A stretch of 64,000 nucleotides of DNA, taken from NCBI RefSeq assembly GCF_009914755.1, contig NC_060928.1; one strand, written 5' to 3'. The translations under genes and the position numbers were made by a program. The stretch is from the human T2T-CHM13v2.0 reference genome, Homo sapiens. This document shows positions 31,433 to 52,008 of this stretch, piece after piece (the stretch's first letter is position 1; each line of letters begins with the position of its first letter). The notes under the pieces were generated by a model that was given only the letters and a program-made list of their open reading frames with translations, did no database searches and was not told where the DNA came from.

Positions 31433-32912
31433 TTAAGGTCATGTTTTTACTTGAAGATACAGCATCTCTGAATTTAACTGTGAGTTTGGCCTAAGAATTG
31501 CTTTTCTGTAAAGGTGGCAGGTGATGGTATTTCCTTGCAAGAAAATACCATAATTGTAAAATATATACTTGATGAACTAAATAATATACTCACCTATTAA
31601 TAATAACTATAGAAAATAACATGATTTGAAATGACAATAAAACCATAGAAACCTAAGCAAGACTAATATATATGGCAATATATTAATTGTCTAGTTGGAT
31701 CTATTAACTTTTTACATATTTAATCATCCTGGAGACATTAATTTAATTTCTCAATAACAACATGGTAATGATTGAGGTAAATTGCCTCGAATTTGCTCCT
31801 TTTAAAACACTGTCGTGAATTTATAGAATGATGTCATCCCCTTGAAAGTTTACAATATTTTAGATAAATATAGAACTCAAGTGACCCTATTATTTAGTTC
31901 AGGGATTCATGAATTATGTATATTGTAGGAAAATTTTGTATTTATATGGGAATATGTTTTATTTTCTGGAGAAAGGATCCACAAGTTTAATTGGATTCCT
32001 GAAAGGCTCCGTCATACACACATGGCCTGGCTGACACCCGAAGCTGCCTTATTTGAACAGCAGGTGTCACCACTGCTCTTTGTACGGGCCCTCAGGGCTG
32101 TCCTTAAAGCAGACACGGCAAGTAACTTATTAATATAAATTATTAGTATTATGTCTGTGTAAAACCAAGAATACAAGTTTTAAGGAAAGCCCTCCTTCTT
32201 TAGGCAAGATTTTTTAAACTCACCAATACAGAAACTCTTTTTATTCTCCTTCAAATATTGTCCTTTGCTCTTGAACAGTGATAGGTCATATGAGTATAGA
32301 TTTGAGTGCCATTTTCATCAGCTTTTTATGATATTTTTATAGGAAGTGTTTTCTGATTCTTATAAAATAATAAATATTACTATTTATTTTTCTGTTTCAA
32401 CTTAGAGGGTTAAATATACAAGCTTTAAAAAACACTATATGCAATGTTCTTTAGAGTTGTGTGGCTCAGTATGTCCATCCCTTAAATTTCATATTTGAAA
32501 TTGTTCGTTAATTCAAAAGGAAGTAATCATGGGAGTTATCACTGTTTATTTGAATTTCTGAGGTCAAAACCTGTGAAAAATGATACTTGGACATTTCTTC
32601 CAAAACTTTGGTCTTTAATTGTTTAGCACAATGCTATGAATTTGCCTAAATACTAAGGTAGTGTTAGCAGATACTTTCTTGTAGCATAGTTGAAACAAGC
32701 TTCTGGGACTATAAGGAACAGTGAAGGGGCTGTTCTTCCTGTTAATGCCTGGAAAGACTTTGGGAATAATTAGATTGTACTATCAGTTATAAACTGTCAG
32801 TTATAAATATCTTAGCAAGGTGTATGTGTGTGTGTGAGAAAGAGAGAGAGAGTCCTCGGGTCTTACTTATCACAATTTCACCATCCTCTACTACATGAAG
32901 CCCCATCTCATG

Positions 32913-33375
32913 TGTATTAGTTTGCTAGGGCTGATGTAACAAAGTACCACAAACTGGATGGCTTAGACAACAAATGTTTATTGTCTCACAGTTCTGGAGG
33001 CAAGAGGCTTGAAATAAAGGCGTTGGCAAAGTTGGTTCCTTCTAAGGGCTGTGAGAGAGAATGTGTTCTATGCCTCTCCCCTAACTTCCAGTAGTTCTCT
33101 GGCAGTCTTTGCCGTTTCTTGTCTTCTGCTGCATCACTGTCATGTCTGCCTTCATCTTCACATTTCGTTCTCACTGTGCATATGCCTATGCCAAATTTCT
33201 CCTTCTTAAAGAACATCAATCATATTGAATTAAAGGCCCACCCTACTCCAGTATGGCTTCATCTTAACTAATTCCATCCAAAAATACCCTATTTCCAAAT
33301 AAGGTCACATTCTTAGATACTGGGGGTTAGGAATTCATAATGTGAATTTGGGGGGACACAGTTCAACCCACAACA
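32913..33375 (-). mobile_element. MaLR MLT1-type solo LTR
   Basis: TGTATTAGTTTGCTAGGGCTG..AACAAAGTACCACAAACTGG...GGGGGACACAGTTCAACCCACAACA. Confidence 0.85.
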
Positions 33376-33762
33376 CTATATCACAAAATAAGTGACAATA
33401 TTGAACATAATCATGACTTTTGTTGTTTACCTTTACAAATAAGAATTTGTACTTACAAATATTTGCAGGCATTTACAAATGTTTTTATTTTACAGAAATA
33501 TTTTTGGTGTTTATACTGCCACAGAAGAAATAACAATGTCTTGGTTCCAGCTTTCTTAGCTGAATGTTTTGTTGTAATATTTGTTTAAATATCTGTATTT
33601 CCCAGTAGACTTATGGGGTGAATATGGCATGATGTTTACTATCACACAGTCAGAATCTAATTGACTTGCAACTGGTAAGTTTTCAATATTTATTGAATGA
33701 ATGAATAAGTAAGCTATTATATTGTACACTTAAATATGGGTTTAGGTGGCTTTGAGAGCTTA

Positions 33763-34054
<292 letters not shown>

Positions 34055-34109
34055 GAGACTTTAATTTTGATTTGGAGTTGCAGCTACTGAACATGTAGGA
34101 AGGATGGTC

Positions 34110-34112
<3 letters not shown>

Positions 34113-34153
<41 letters not shown>
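34113..34153. repeat. (GT)n microsatellite
   Basis: About 19-20 GT units. Confidence 0.95.
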
Positions 34154-34154
<1 letters not shown>

Positions 34155-34589
34155 TGTGCTCACTCCGAAAAGTTGCTATTTCAGTAACCATTAATTTAAT
34201 CACAGTCTTTCTGTGTGTGTAATGCAGATAATTGCTTATAAAAGGACTGTTCAGTTCTGTATTTCTGATCTTTGTAAATTTTATGACAATGAAAAATATT
34301 TTCCATTACATTTAAGTAAGTTAATTCTAAATTTTATTTAGTTTCTATAAAACTTAGCAACTTAGTTACAAAATACAATTTATCTGTAGAAATATTTGCA
34401 ACAGTCAGTTTAGTTAGCAGAAATACCTTTTGACATGAATAATTAAGAAGAGTAAGGCATTTGATTGAATATTTTACTATTATTATTAATTCATATTTAT
34501 AGATCCCATTATATTTATATTACATAATGCTATTTAGACACTTCAGGCTTTCTTTTAGAAATATGCTACCAAAAGCCAGAATCATGTTC

Positions 34590-36160
34590 ACAGAGAAATA
34601 TTAAAAATATTCTTATTAGTCACAATACAAGGATGTCCACCATCACCACTATTATCCACGTGTATTTTTTATGAAAGCACTAGTCATTCAATTGGACAAA
34701 AAAATTAAATTGTGTAAAATAGGAAATAGGGATGAAAAGTTATCTTTATTTGCAAACGGTATGACTTTCTACCTGAAAAACCAATTGAAAAAACTATTCG
34801 AAACAATATGAAAATTCACTGAGTATAAAAATGTTATTAAAAATCAATAGTTTTCCTTTATGCAGTTAAAAATACAGCAGGGAAAGGGATTTTTATTTAA
34901 AATAGCAATAAATTTTAAAATGTGCAAGACCTAAAGGAAAAAAAAATTAAGAGACGTGAAAACCTGAATCAGGGACCTCCCTCCTCTCTGTGCATGTGGC
35001 CTCACTACTGCTGCTTCTGGAGGGACTGAAAAATCCCTGAGACCAGCATCTCAGGGATGCTGGTCTGGCAGTCAGAGAGGTCTCTGAGCTGACAGGATTT
35101 CCTGAAATGCTGTGAAAATTTTGCATCCTGAAATCCATGCTGGAATCCTGGCTCATAATATCCCAAAAGGTAATGCTGACATGGCCAGGCCTGATTGTTG
35201 CCTGTAATCTCTATCCCTTCCTGAAGACAGTGGCTTCTCCAGGTGTAATGGTTGAGAGGCTGTTGAGCAAATTGGTACTGGTAGAGTAACTTTACTGAGA
35301 GATGCCACCAAAAACCACAATCCAGTGACAGTGGTGTGTCAGAGGACTATGAGGCAGTGTCCACAGACAGGCAGAGCTCCAAGAGTAAGGACACCTTCTT
35401 GGAGACTAGGTGCCAGTTAGTCTTGAAGGCATTCACATTCACTTATATGGCACAATATGATGAAGCAATTTCAGATTACCTCAGGAAATAGCACAGTAAA
35501 GGAATATCTCAGATGCCCTTGCAGTACAGAATGATCCCTCATCAGACTCCTGTGCAGCTATACACACTGAAGCCTAAGCTTCCCATCACAGTTCTAAATG
35601 GAGCCCCTGGATTTAAAAACTTTTGTGATGCTTTGAATGCCTGGCAGCTGGTGAAGGAACTCAAAGAGGCATTAGGCATTCTATCTGCTGCCCTTTTCAA
35701 ACATGTCAGCCCAGCAGATGCTGCTGTTGAAATTCCACTCAGTGAAAATGAGGCCAAAGTCTGCATATATCATAAGCAAAGTTAAAAGACAAATGAAAAA
35801 TTGGGAAATATAGGCAATGTGTATGTTAGCCACAGGGCTAATTTTCTTAATAAGAAAAGAGCTCTCATGAATCAACAGAAAAAATGAACAACTCAAAAGA
35901 CAAGGCACATGGACAGGCAGTTCACAGAAAGACCACTGACATTGTGGCTGATATGTAAATTGAAAAGATTCTCAGTGTGCTCATGATGAAAGAAAATTTA
36001 ATCACAATAACAATAAGATAACATATTTCACCTAATAGGTTGGCAAAAAATTTTAAAATTTGACAACAACAAGTGATGACAAGGATGAGGGACAACCTAA
36101 ATATTGATGAGAGTATAAATGGTGGCAATCACTTTCATAGGCAGTTTAGCAATAAGCTGA
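34590..36160 (+). mobile_element. Old L1M ORF2 remnant hosting the ATIC pseudogene
   Basis: L1-like ACAAGGATGTCCACCATCACCACTATTAT, TTATCTTTATTTGCAAACGGTATGA (RT region), and after the insert GCAAAGTTAAAAGACAAATG..GGCAGTTCACAGAAA. Confidence 0.65.
34950..35765 (+). pseudogene. ATIC (PurH) processed pseudogene fragment
   Basis: ORF 35513..35785 [72 protein letters not shown] matches ATIC; upstream [25 protein letters not shown]; no introns, multiple indels and stops. Confidence 0.9.
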
Positions 36161-36432
36161 CAATTTTTTTCGAGACAGGGTCTTTCTCTGTGGCCCAGGC
36201 TAGACTTCAGTGGATGACCTCCTGGGGTCAGGCAGATCCTCCTACCTCAGCCTCCCAAATAGCTGGAACTACAGGTGTGCACTATGATGCCTGGCTAATT
36301 TTTTAATTTTTTTGTAGAGACAGGTGTCTCACTATGTTGCCTAGGCTGCTCTCGAACTCCTAGGCTCAAGCACCCTTCCTGCCTTGGCCTCCCAAAGTGC
36401 AGGGATTACAGGTGTGAGCCACCACTCCTGGC
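36161..36432 (-). mobile_element. AluJ-like
   Basis: Antisense Alu dimer with a small internal deletion. Confidence 0.85.
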
Positions 36433-36689
36433 CCCAAAATTGTTTGCATACCTTTTGTTACAATGGATTTACTTTCCAAAAATGTCCTTGGTATGTATGT
36501 ATGTGTGTTTGTGTGTTTGTGTGAGAGTGTGTATGTCTGTATGAATGTATGTATGTATTATATATAATCTTCATAGAAGGATGCAAAGATATACATACAC
36601 AGGTGTTCATTTTGCTAAGGTAGGAACACCACATCAATACAAGAGAAAAAATAGCTTTGTACATAACAGGAAGAAACTGTCCATCATAG

Positions 36690-36915
36690 TAGGTAAGGGT
36701 ATAGAGTCAGAATGCCATGATTCAACTCCTTCTCTGCAAGTTACCTGCAGCATCATCTTGGGTAACTTTCTTCTTTTTGTACTTCAATTCTCCCATCTGT
36801 AAAATGGGAATAATAGTACTACTCTACCTCATAGAGTTATTGTAAGAATTAAGTGTAACGTACTAGTAACAGTGACCGGCACAGAATTACTTGATCCATA
36901 AACATTAGTTATATG
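36690..36915 (+). mobile_element. MIR
   Basis: CCCATCTGTAAAATGGGAATAATAGTACTACTCTACCTCATAGAGTTATTGTAAGAATTAA. Confidence 0.75.
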
Positions 36916-37080
36916 ATACTAATTATCCCCGTTGTTCTAAAAGGGGAGAAAGCTGCATAAATGTAACCTAGAAGTCAGAGGTCAACACAGGCAGCTTCTA
37001 TTTTCATCCTAAACTAAACCTAAAGTGGGCCTCGATTCTCCCCACAAGGAAACCTAGTACACAAAATACTAGTTAGCACA

Positions 37081-37454
37081 TATATTAGTCTGTTCTCACA
37101 CTACTGATAAATACATACCAAGAGTGGATAATTTATAAAGGGAAGAAGTTTAATTGACTCACAGTTCTGCAGAGCTGGGAAGGCCTCAGGAAACTTACAA
37201 TCAAGGCAGAAGGGGAAGCAAATATGCCCTTCTTCACATGACAGCAGGAAGGAGAAGTGCGGAATGAAACAGGGAAATCCCTTTATAAAACCATTCAATC
37301 TTGTGAGAACTCACTCACTATCACAAGAACAGTATGAGGGTAACTGCACCCATGATTCAATTACCTCCCAACAGGTCCCTCCCACAACATATGAGGATTA
37401 TGGGAACTAGAATTCAAGGTGAGATTTGGGTGGGGACACAGCCAAACCATATCA
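37081..37454 (-). mobile_element. THE1/MST-type MaLR solo LTR
   Basis: TATTAGTCTGTTCTCACACTACTGATAAA...GGAAGGCCTCAGGAAACTTACAATC...GGGGACACAGCCAAACCATATCA. Confidence 0.9.
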
Positions 37455-38081
37455 GCAAAGTAGATTGAAACATTGAGCAAATAACAAAGGATTGAAGGGA
37501 GATCCTGGACCCAATAGCATACTTTGTCCATCCTCATTCAACTTGCGTCTTTTTCTTAGTTTGTCGTTACCTCTTTATTATGTGGAGAGGATAGAGATTT
37601 TTCTGCCCACGTCTCCCCCTTCCCTAACATTGTATCCGTGTTTCTAGAAACCAGCCTTTCTGGCTTTCTTTGATTTATATCTAGGTTCCATATTTTTTCA
37701 AGTACATGTTTGTGTTTTTTAAAATATATATATGGATATACATACATGTATATATATCTTTTGCCCATTTTTATCTATAGGGCTCATGCTTTCTCATCAA
37801 ACTGTAACTCTTCATAAAAATTTTATTAAACCTTTGTCTAATCCTGTGCACATTTTACAGAAAATATTGTTAATCTAATTCAAGTAATACTTATTAGTTA
37901 TTAAATTGTGAAAGATTTTTGAAATTTTTGAAATGCATGTTACTGACATGCACCAAAATAAAAGTCCTCATTTTCCCTAGAGTTTCACTGCTAATACTAT
38001 CAGACTGGCTGTCTTATTTTTAAGCATAAATTCCATGTTGGAAAGAGAAGCTTTATATTCAAATAATGTAATCCATCACTA

Positions 38082-38612
<531 letters not shown>

Positions 38613-38949
38613 CATATGCTTAATATATGAAAACTTTTAGTGATTGATTACATTATTTGAATATAAAGCTTCTCTTTCTAACCTGCAATTTATGCTTAAA
38701 AATAAGACAGCCAGTCTGATTCCTAAAAATTTGATCTTAATTTTCTCAACAAATGCCAAAAATCATCTCAGTCAAAGTTAATGAAAGGTAAAATGAGTAC
38801 TATAGAAAGGACATCAGGTGTCTCACAGACTGGGCTGTGAAGAATCAAATTATTATGTTTGGACGTTTTGGTTACTTCTGTTGATGCAGTTGGTAGGCTT
38901 TCCCTCTAAAATGCTGCCATGGATATAACATCAGTCCAATTGACCCAGT

Positions 38950-39011
38950 TCCCTTCCCCTTCCCCTTCCCCTTCCCCTTCTTCTTCTCCTCCTCCTCCTC
39001 CTTCTTCTTCC
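38950..39011. repeat. (CCCCTT)n/(CCT/CTT)n polypyrimidine repeat
   Basis: Directly visible. Confidence 0.9.
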
Positions 39012-40619
39012 AGCAAATATCAAATTTGGAGAGACAATCTGGTAGATTTAGCTTGCGTAAAGGGTCTGTCTACCCCTAGCTTGGTCACCTGTGGTTAGAG
39101 GGTCAGGGTGTTGTAGTACTGACAGGACCACTGGAGCTTCATACCTCCATTTTAGGGGTCATTCCAGGAGAAGGGAGCAGCACTCCCAGAGGTGTTCATT
39201 ACACCCTTAATGGTTGTGGGTCTCAATGTGACAAAAGCAGAAGAGCATCTCTATCTTTTCTTAGCTCTTGTGATCTCCATCCTGTTGTAGGAGAAAATGT
39301 CCTATTATCCCTTATTACCATGCTCTATGTCAGCTCCCATAAGAAATGGAAACTGACATCTAAGCCAGTAGAGGGAGACATTCCACAAGAGATGGCGTCA
39401 TCTCCTATTTCTTCCCCACCATATGCTTTCCCACTAAAGATGACCAACAAATTGCAGGTGTCACCACTGCACTGCTCTCAGGCTTGCCCCAAGAGCTCTG
39501 GTCCAGCCTGGCCTCCAACTCGTCAGTGTTAATCAAGGTAACACAAGGAAAATATATACAGAGACTAACAACTTATTACAGTACCTCAAAACCTATGCAT
39601 ATTTAGACAACGAGAATCAGTATTCCTTTTAGTCATTCGTTCATTTATATATTCATGAATTTGCTCAACCGATATTTATTAAATACTGGCTATGTGCCAG
39701 GTGCATGACATAAACTGTACAGTCATTCAAACCAAGTTTCAAGTCTAAAAGCCCTTTTCCTTTGAAGTTCGTTTCCCCCTGAAGAAAGTTAGATCCTTAA
39801 GTTACCAGTCCCAAAGCCTCACCTCCCCCAATCTTAGGCTCAACACTAATTATTGTAAGTAGTTTTCATTTTCTGTCTTTCCTTTTAGACTTAAGGCTTC
39901 GCCAAGGTCTCCCCGGCCCCCAGCAAACTACCTGCTATGAAGTAGATGCTCTGTAAATAGTTGTTAAGCACAAATTGCCTTGTGCTATGGAGACCGGGCC
40001 TGACATGAGTTGTAAAAGTATCAACAAGTGTATTGACAATGGGTATCGGCAAGTCTTTGCCCTTCAAGCCAGAGAGCTGCTGGGCAGGACAGATTATCTC
40101 TGTTTTCTCTGTCACTGATTTACTACCCTTGACTTATGCAATGACATCAGCTAATATGAAGAACACTGCACTGATGACCTCAAAATAACTGAACAAATAG
40201 TACTCCCTTTCCCCTCCACCAATGGCATCAACATTCTAAAAAAATTTAAGCATCTTAATAAGCGGTGTCTCTGCAAATATATTTCTTCCCTGAAAACATG
40301 ATAATATTCTTTGTAATATTAGGCAATTTAGAGTCCCAGTGTAACTGTACATAACTCTACAGAAAAAAGACATATCTAACAAGAACTAGAATTACAAAAA
40401 CTCATTATCACTGCATTGCACATGCTTCACACAGACATGAATACTATACCCACATATGAGGGTAAAAAGATAAGTGAAAGTAAAAGCTATGAGTGAGTGT
40501 GTCAGCCTGATACATTATGGTCCCAAGATGACAGGCTGGCCAAAATACTCCAAAAGAACAAACACACAAAAAGAAGGTAGAGGTAAATTTTTATAATGTT
40601 TGTATCCTGTTGGGAAATA

Positions 40620-40800
40620 TAATGTAATGGGCACAGAGTGTGGACTGTAGAGTCAGACAGTCAGGGGTCAAGTCCTCATACCAGCACCTACTACCTATAC
40701 ACTCTGGGGTAGTTTACTTAACCTCTCTGAACCTGTTTCACCATCTGTAGAACATAGTGGTTTCAAGAATTAAATACGATAAATGACTACCATAATTTGG
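40620..40800 (+). mobile_element. MIR
   Basis: GTTTACTTAACCTCTCTGAACCTGTTTCACCATCTGTAGAA. Confidence 0.65.
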
Positions 40801-42629
40801 CATCTGAGGCATGTACCAATGACAGCCAGTTCACTCATTCATCCCGTAATTATGTATTGAACGCCTACTATGTCTGTCTTGCTCACCAATGCATTCCCAG
40901 CCCCTATCACACTACCCGTCACTGAGGAGACTCTCAAGAACTATTTGTAAGATGAATGTTAAGTCTGTGCTGTTATGGTGCATGCATGCTGGATTGAATC
41001 CATCCTCCTTCTGACCATGGGAAGAATGCCAATCAGAGTAGAACAAAGTAGGAAAGTAAAGGAACCTTCACTTTAGTGTTGAACAAGAGTCTATTATATA
41101 CTAGAAAAAACTTTACAAATTTACAGACTTCTGAAAGTTAAATGATGATTCTATTGTTAGTTGATCAAACATCAGTCATTGAAAATGTAGTAATACGTTA
41201 CCTCAAAAGAAAAAAAAAAGGTTAGAGTTTTCTTAACAGATAATTCTTTTTAAATCTGTAAGAATCTGTACGTCACTAAAATAAAATCCTGTCTAGATTA
41301 TTAAAATAAACTTTGTTATCAGTTATATTTTCATGGAAAATATTCCTGTATATATTTTAATTAATAGCCACATAGATATTTGCTTTTTCTGTCAGATCAT
41401 GTATCCCTTTAAAAACCATTAAAGCTAAAGAAAAAAATCTTAAAATATAATATTTACTCATTGCTAATAAAGGGAACACAAATTTGGAAAGACTCAAGTG
41501 AATATTTTTTCTTAATTTAAACTGAGTACTTTGTCTCTATTAAGCTAAGTTAAAAGAATTTGGGAGGACAACCTATGCTACCAAGAGAATAATTTGTTTC
41601 TAGGAATCTGAGTTAAAAGAATTTGGGAATGCAATCTCTGCTACCTGGAGAAGAAAGAAATGTCGTGGGTCCCACACCATTCTCAAGACTCTGTTTCAAA
41701 GCATTGTTTCAATACGCTGATCCAAACCCTGATAACCTGCCATCTTTTTAATAAAATAATTTATAAATTTAATGAGAATGTTTCACTTTCCATACAAAAA
41801 ACAGAAAAATGCTTTGAATCAATGCACTTACTGGGATTTGGATTACTGACTGGTGTTCCTATTGATTCTTGTAGGAGTTATTAATCCTGATTGCAACACA
41901 CAAGTGAACAGACAAGAGAGATAAATTTTGTGGCTTGTGGGAAATGAAGGAAAATGGGCCTCATTTAGTCTGTGAGCATACTAATTGAAATAGATGTATG
42001 AAGACTTCACCAGTGTTAAAATAACATTGTTTTTATAAATCATATGATATAAACTATATAACAATAAAATAGAATGTTAAACATGTATTTAATCATCATC
42101 ATAATTTTGATTCAGAAATCTATAATTTATTAGTTATCTTAATAATGTTTAGAATTTGTTGAACATTTTACCTTATGTGAATTAAGGACAAAATATTAAA
42201 GCTATTCAGCACAAAAAAAGGGTCTTTCTGATGTGTATTTTTCATAGAATAGGGTATGAATTTGTTATTTTGTTATTTTGATTAATGTCTAAAACAAAAG
42301 ATAAACACATTATGATATAACATTACTATTGATTTTAATGGCCCCTTTTGAAATAGAATTATGTCATTGTCAGAAAACATAAGCATTTATGGTATATCAT
42401 TAATGAGTCACGATTTTAGTGGTTGCCTTGTGAGTAGGTCAAATTTACTAAGCTTAGATTTGTTTTCTCACATATTCTTTCGGAGCTTGTGTAGTTTCCA
42501 CATTAATTTACCAGAAACAAGATACACATCTCTCTTTGAGGAGTGTCCTAACTTCCCATCATTTTGTCCAATTAAATGAATTGAAGAAATTTAATGTTTC
42601 TAAACTAGACCAACAAAGAATAATAGTTG

Positions 42630-50433
<7,804 letters not shown>

Positions 50434-50960
50434 TCCCCAATACGTAGATTTTTGCTCTTCTGTATGTGACAACATTTTTGTACATTATGTTATTGGAATT
50501 TTCTTTCATACATTATATTCCTCTAAAACTCTCAAGCAGACGTGAGTGTGACTTTTTGAAAAAAGTATAGGATAAATTACATTAAAATAGCACATGATTT
50601 TCTTTTGTTTTCTTCATTTCTCTTGCTCACCAAGAAGTAACAAAAGTATAGTTTTGACAGAGTTGGTGTTCATAATTTCAGTTCTAGTTGATTGCGAGAA
50701 TTTTCAAATAAGGAAGAGGGGTCTTTTATCCTTGTCGTAGGAAAACCATGACGGAAAGGAAAAACTGATGTTTAAAAGTCCACTTTTAAAACTATATTTA
50801 TTTATGTAGGATCTGTCAAAGAAAACTTCCAAAAAGATTTATTAATTAAACCAGACTCTGTTGCAATAAGTTAATGTTTTCTTGTTTTGTAATCCACACA
50901 TTCAATGAGTTAGGCTTTGCACTTGTAAGGAAGGAGAAGCGTTCACAACCTCAAATAGCT

Positions 50961-50966
50961 AATAAA
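50961..50966 (+). terminator. Candidate FGB polyadenylation signal
   Basis: AATAAA ~530 nt after the stop; ATTAAA variant at 50581-50586 is an alternative proximal signal. Confidence 0.5.
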
Positions 50967-51004
50967 CCGGTCTTGAATATTTGAAGATTTAAAATCTGAC
51001 TCTA

Positions 51005-51267
51005 GGACGGGCACGGTGGCTCACGACTATAATCCCAACACTTTGGGAGGCCGAGGCGGGCGGTCACAAGGTCAGGAGTTCAAGACCAGCCTGACCAATA
51101 TGGTGAAACCCCATCTCTACTAAAAATACAAAAATTAGCCAGGCGTGGTGGCAGGTGCCTGTAGTCCCAGCTACCTGTGAGGTGGAGATTGCATTGAGCC
51201 AAGATCTCAACACTGCACTCCAGCCTGGGCAACAGCGTGAGACTCCACCTCAAAAAAAAAAAAAAAA
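51005..51267 (+). mobile_element. AluS-like downstream of or within a long FGB 3' UTR
   Basis: Sense Alu with a right-arm deletion; TSD AATCTGACT. Confidence 0.9.
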
Positions 51268-52008
51268 GAATCTGACTATATACCATGGAAAAGCCACCAC
51301 TCTGCCACTTAAATAAACATCAGGATCAGAGATTCCAAGAGGACAATCTGCATCAAGTCTTCACCAAGTGTTTTTTAAGCGAAATAATGAAATAGGGAGC
51401 AGAATATGCCTGTTGCCCATAGAAACGAGGTCTATTCTTGTCCTCAATTAGGCTTTTTTTTCTTCATAGTTACACCAGAACTAAAGTAAAAGTGGTTTTT
51501 CTGTTCTTTCTACTTCTCCCCATGAAATGGGCATATCATCTCAACACTTCACTCCAAGTCGCCACGGGCAACCTTATGACCCTAGGTCCTCCACCCCTAA
51601 TGTATCATCATTGCCACCCATTTTTATGGTACTTATTGTTCTTAAGCTTATCCTCTTAATCTTTTCATGTAAGCAAAGCTCATTAATTTCTGTCTTGGAA
51701 ATGCTACTACTCTCTTTAATTACTCACCAAATCCAACTTTAACTTTTGACCTGGTTTCTCTGCCACAAGTTCTGTCCCACTGGAGCCCATACTCACCTAC
51801 CGCTTTGCCATCACATTTAACAGAAAACTCTTATCAACTTACTTCCTGCTTAACATTAGCTCCTTCCTATCTATATCCAAATTTCTTAAATTCAAATTTT
51901 TTAGCTGGAGTAAAAATGGTCCCAGTACCATTTCCTGTTCCCTTCACTATAACCTACATTTTTGTCACATTAAGTTTTTCCCCATTCCAGGACAGGTCAG
52001 GCCCTTTA

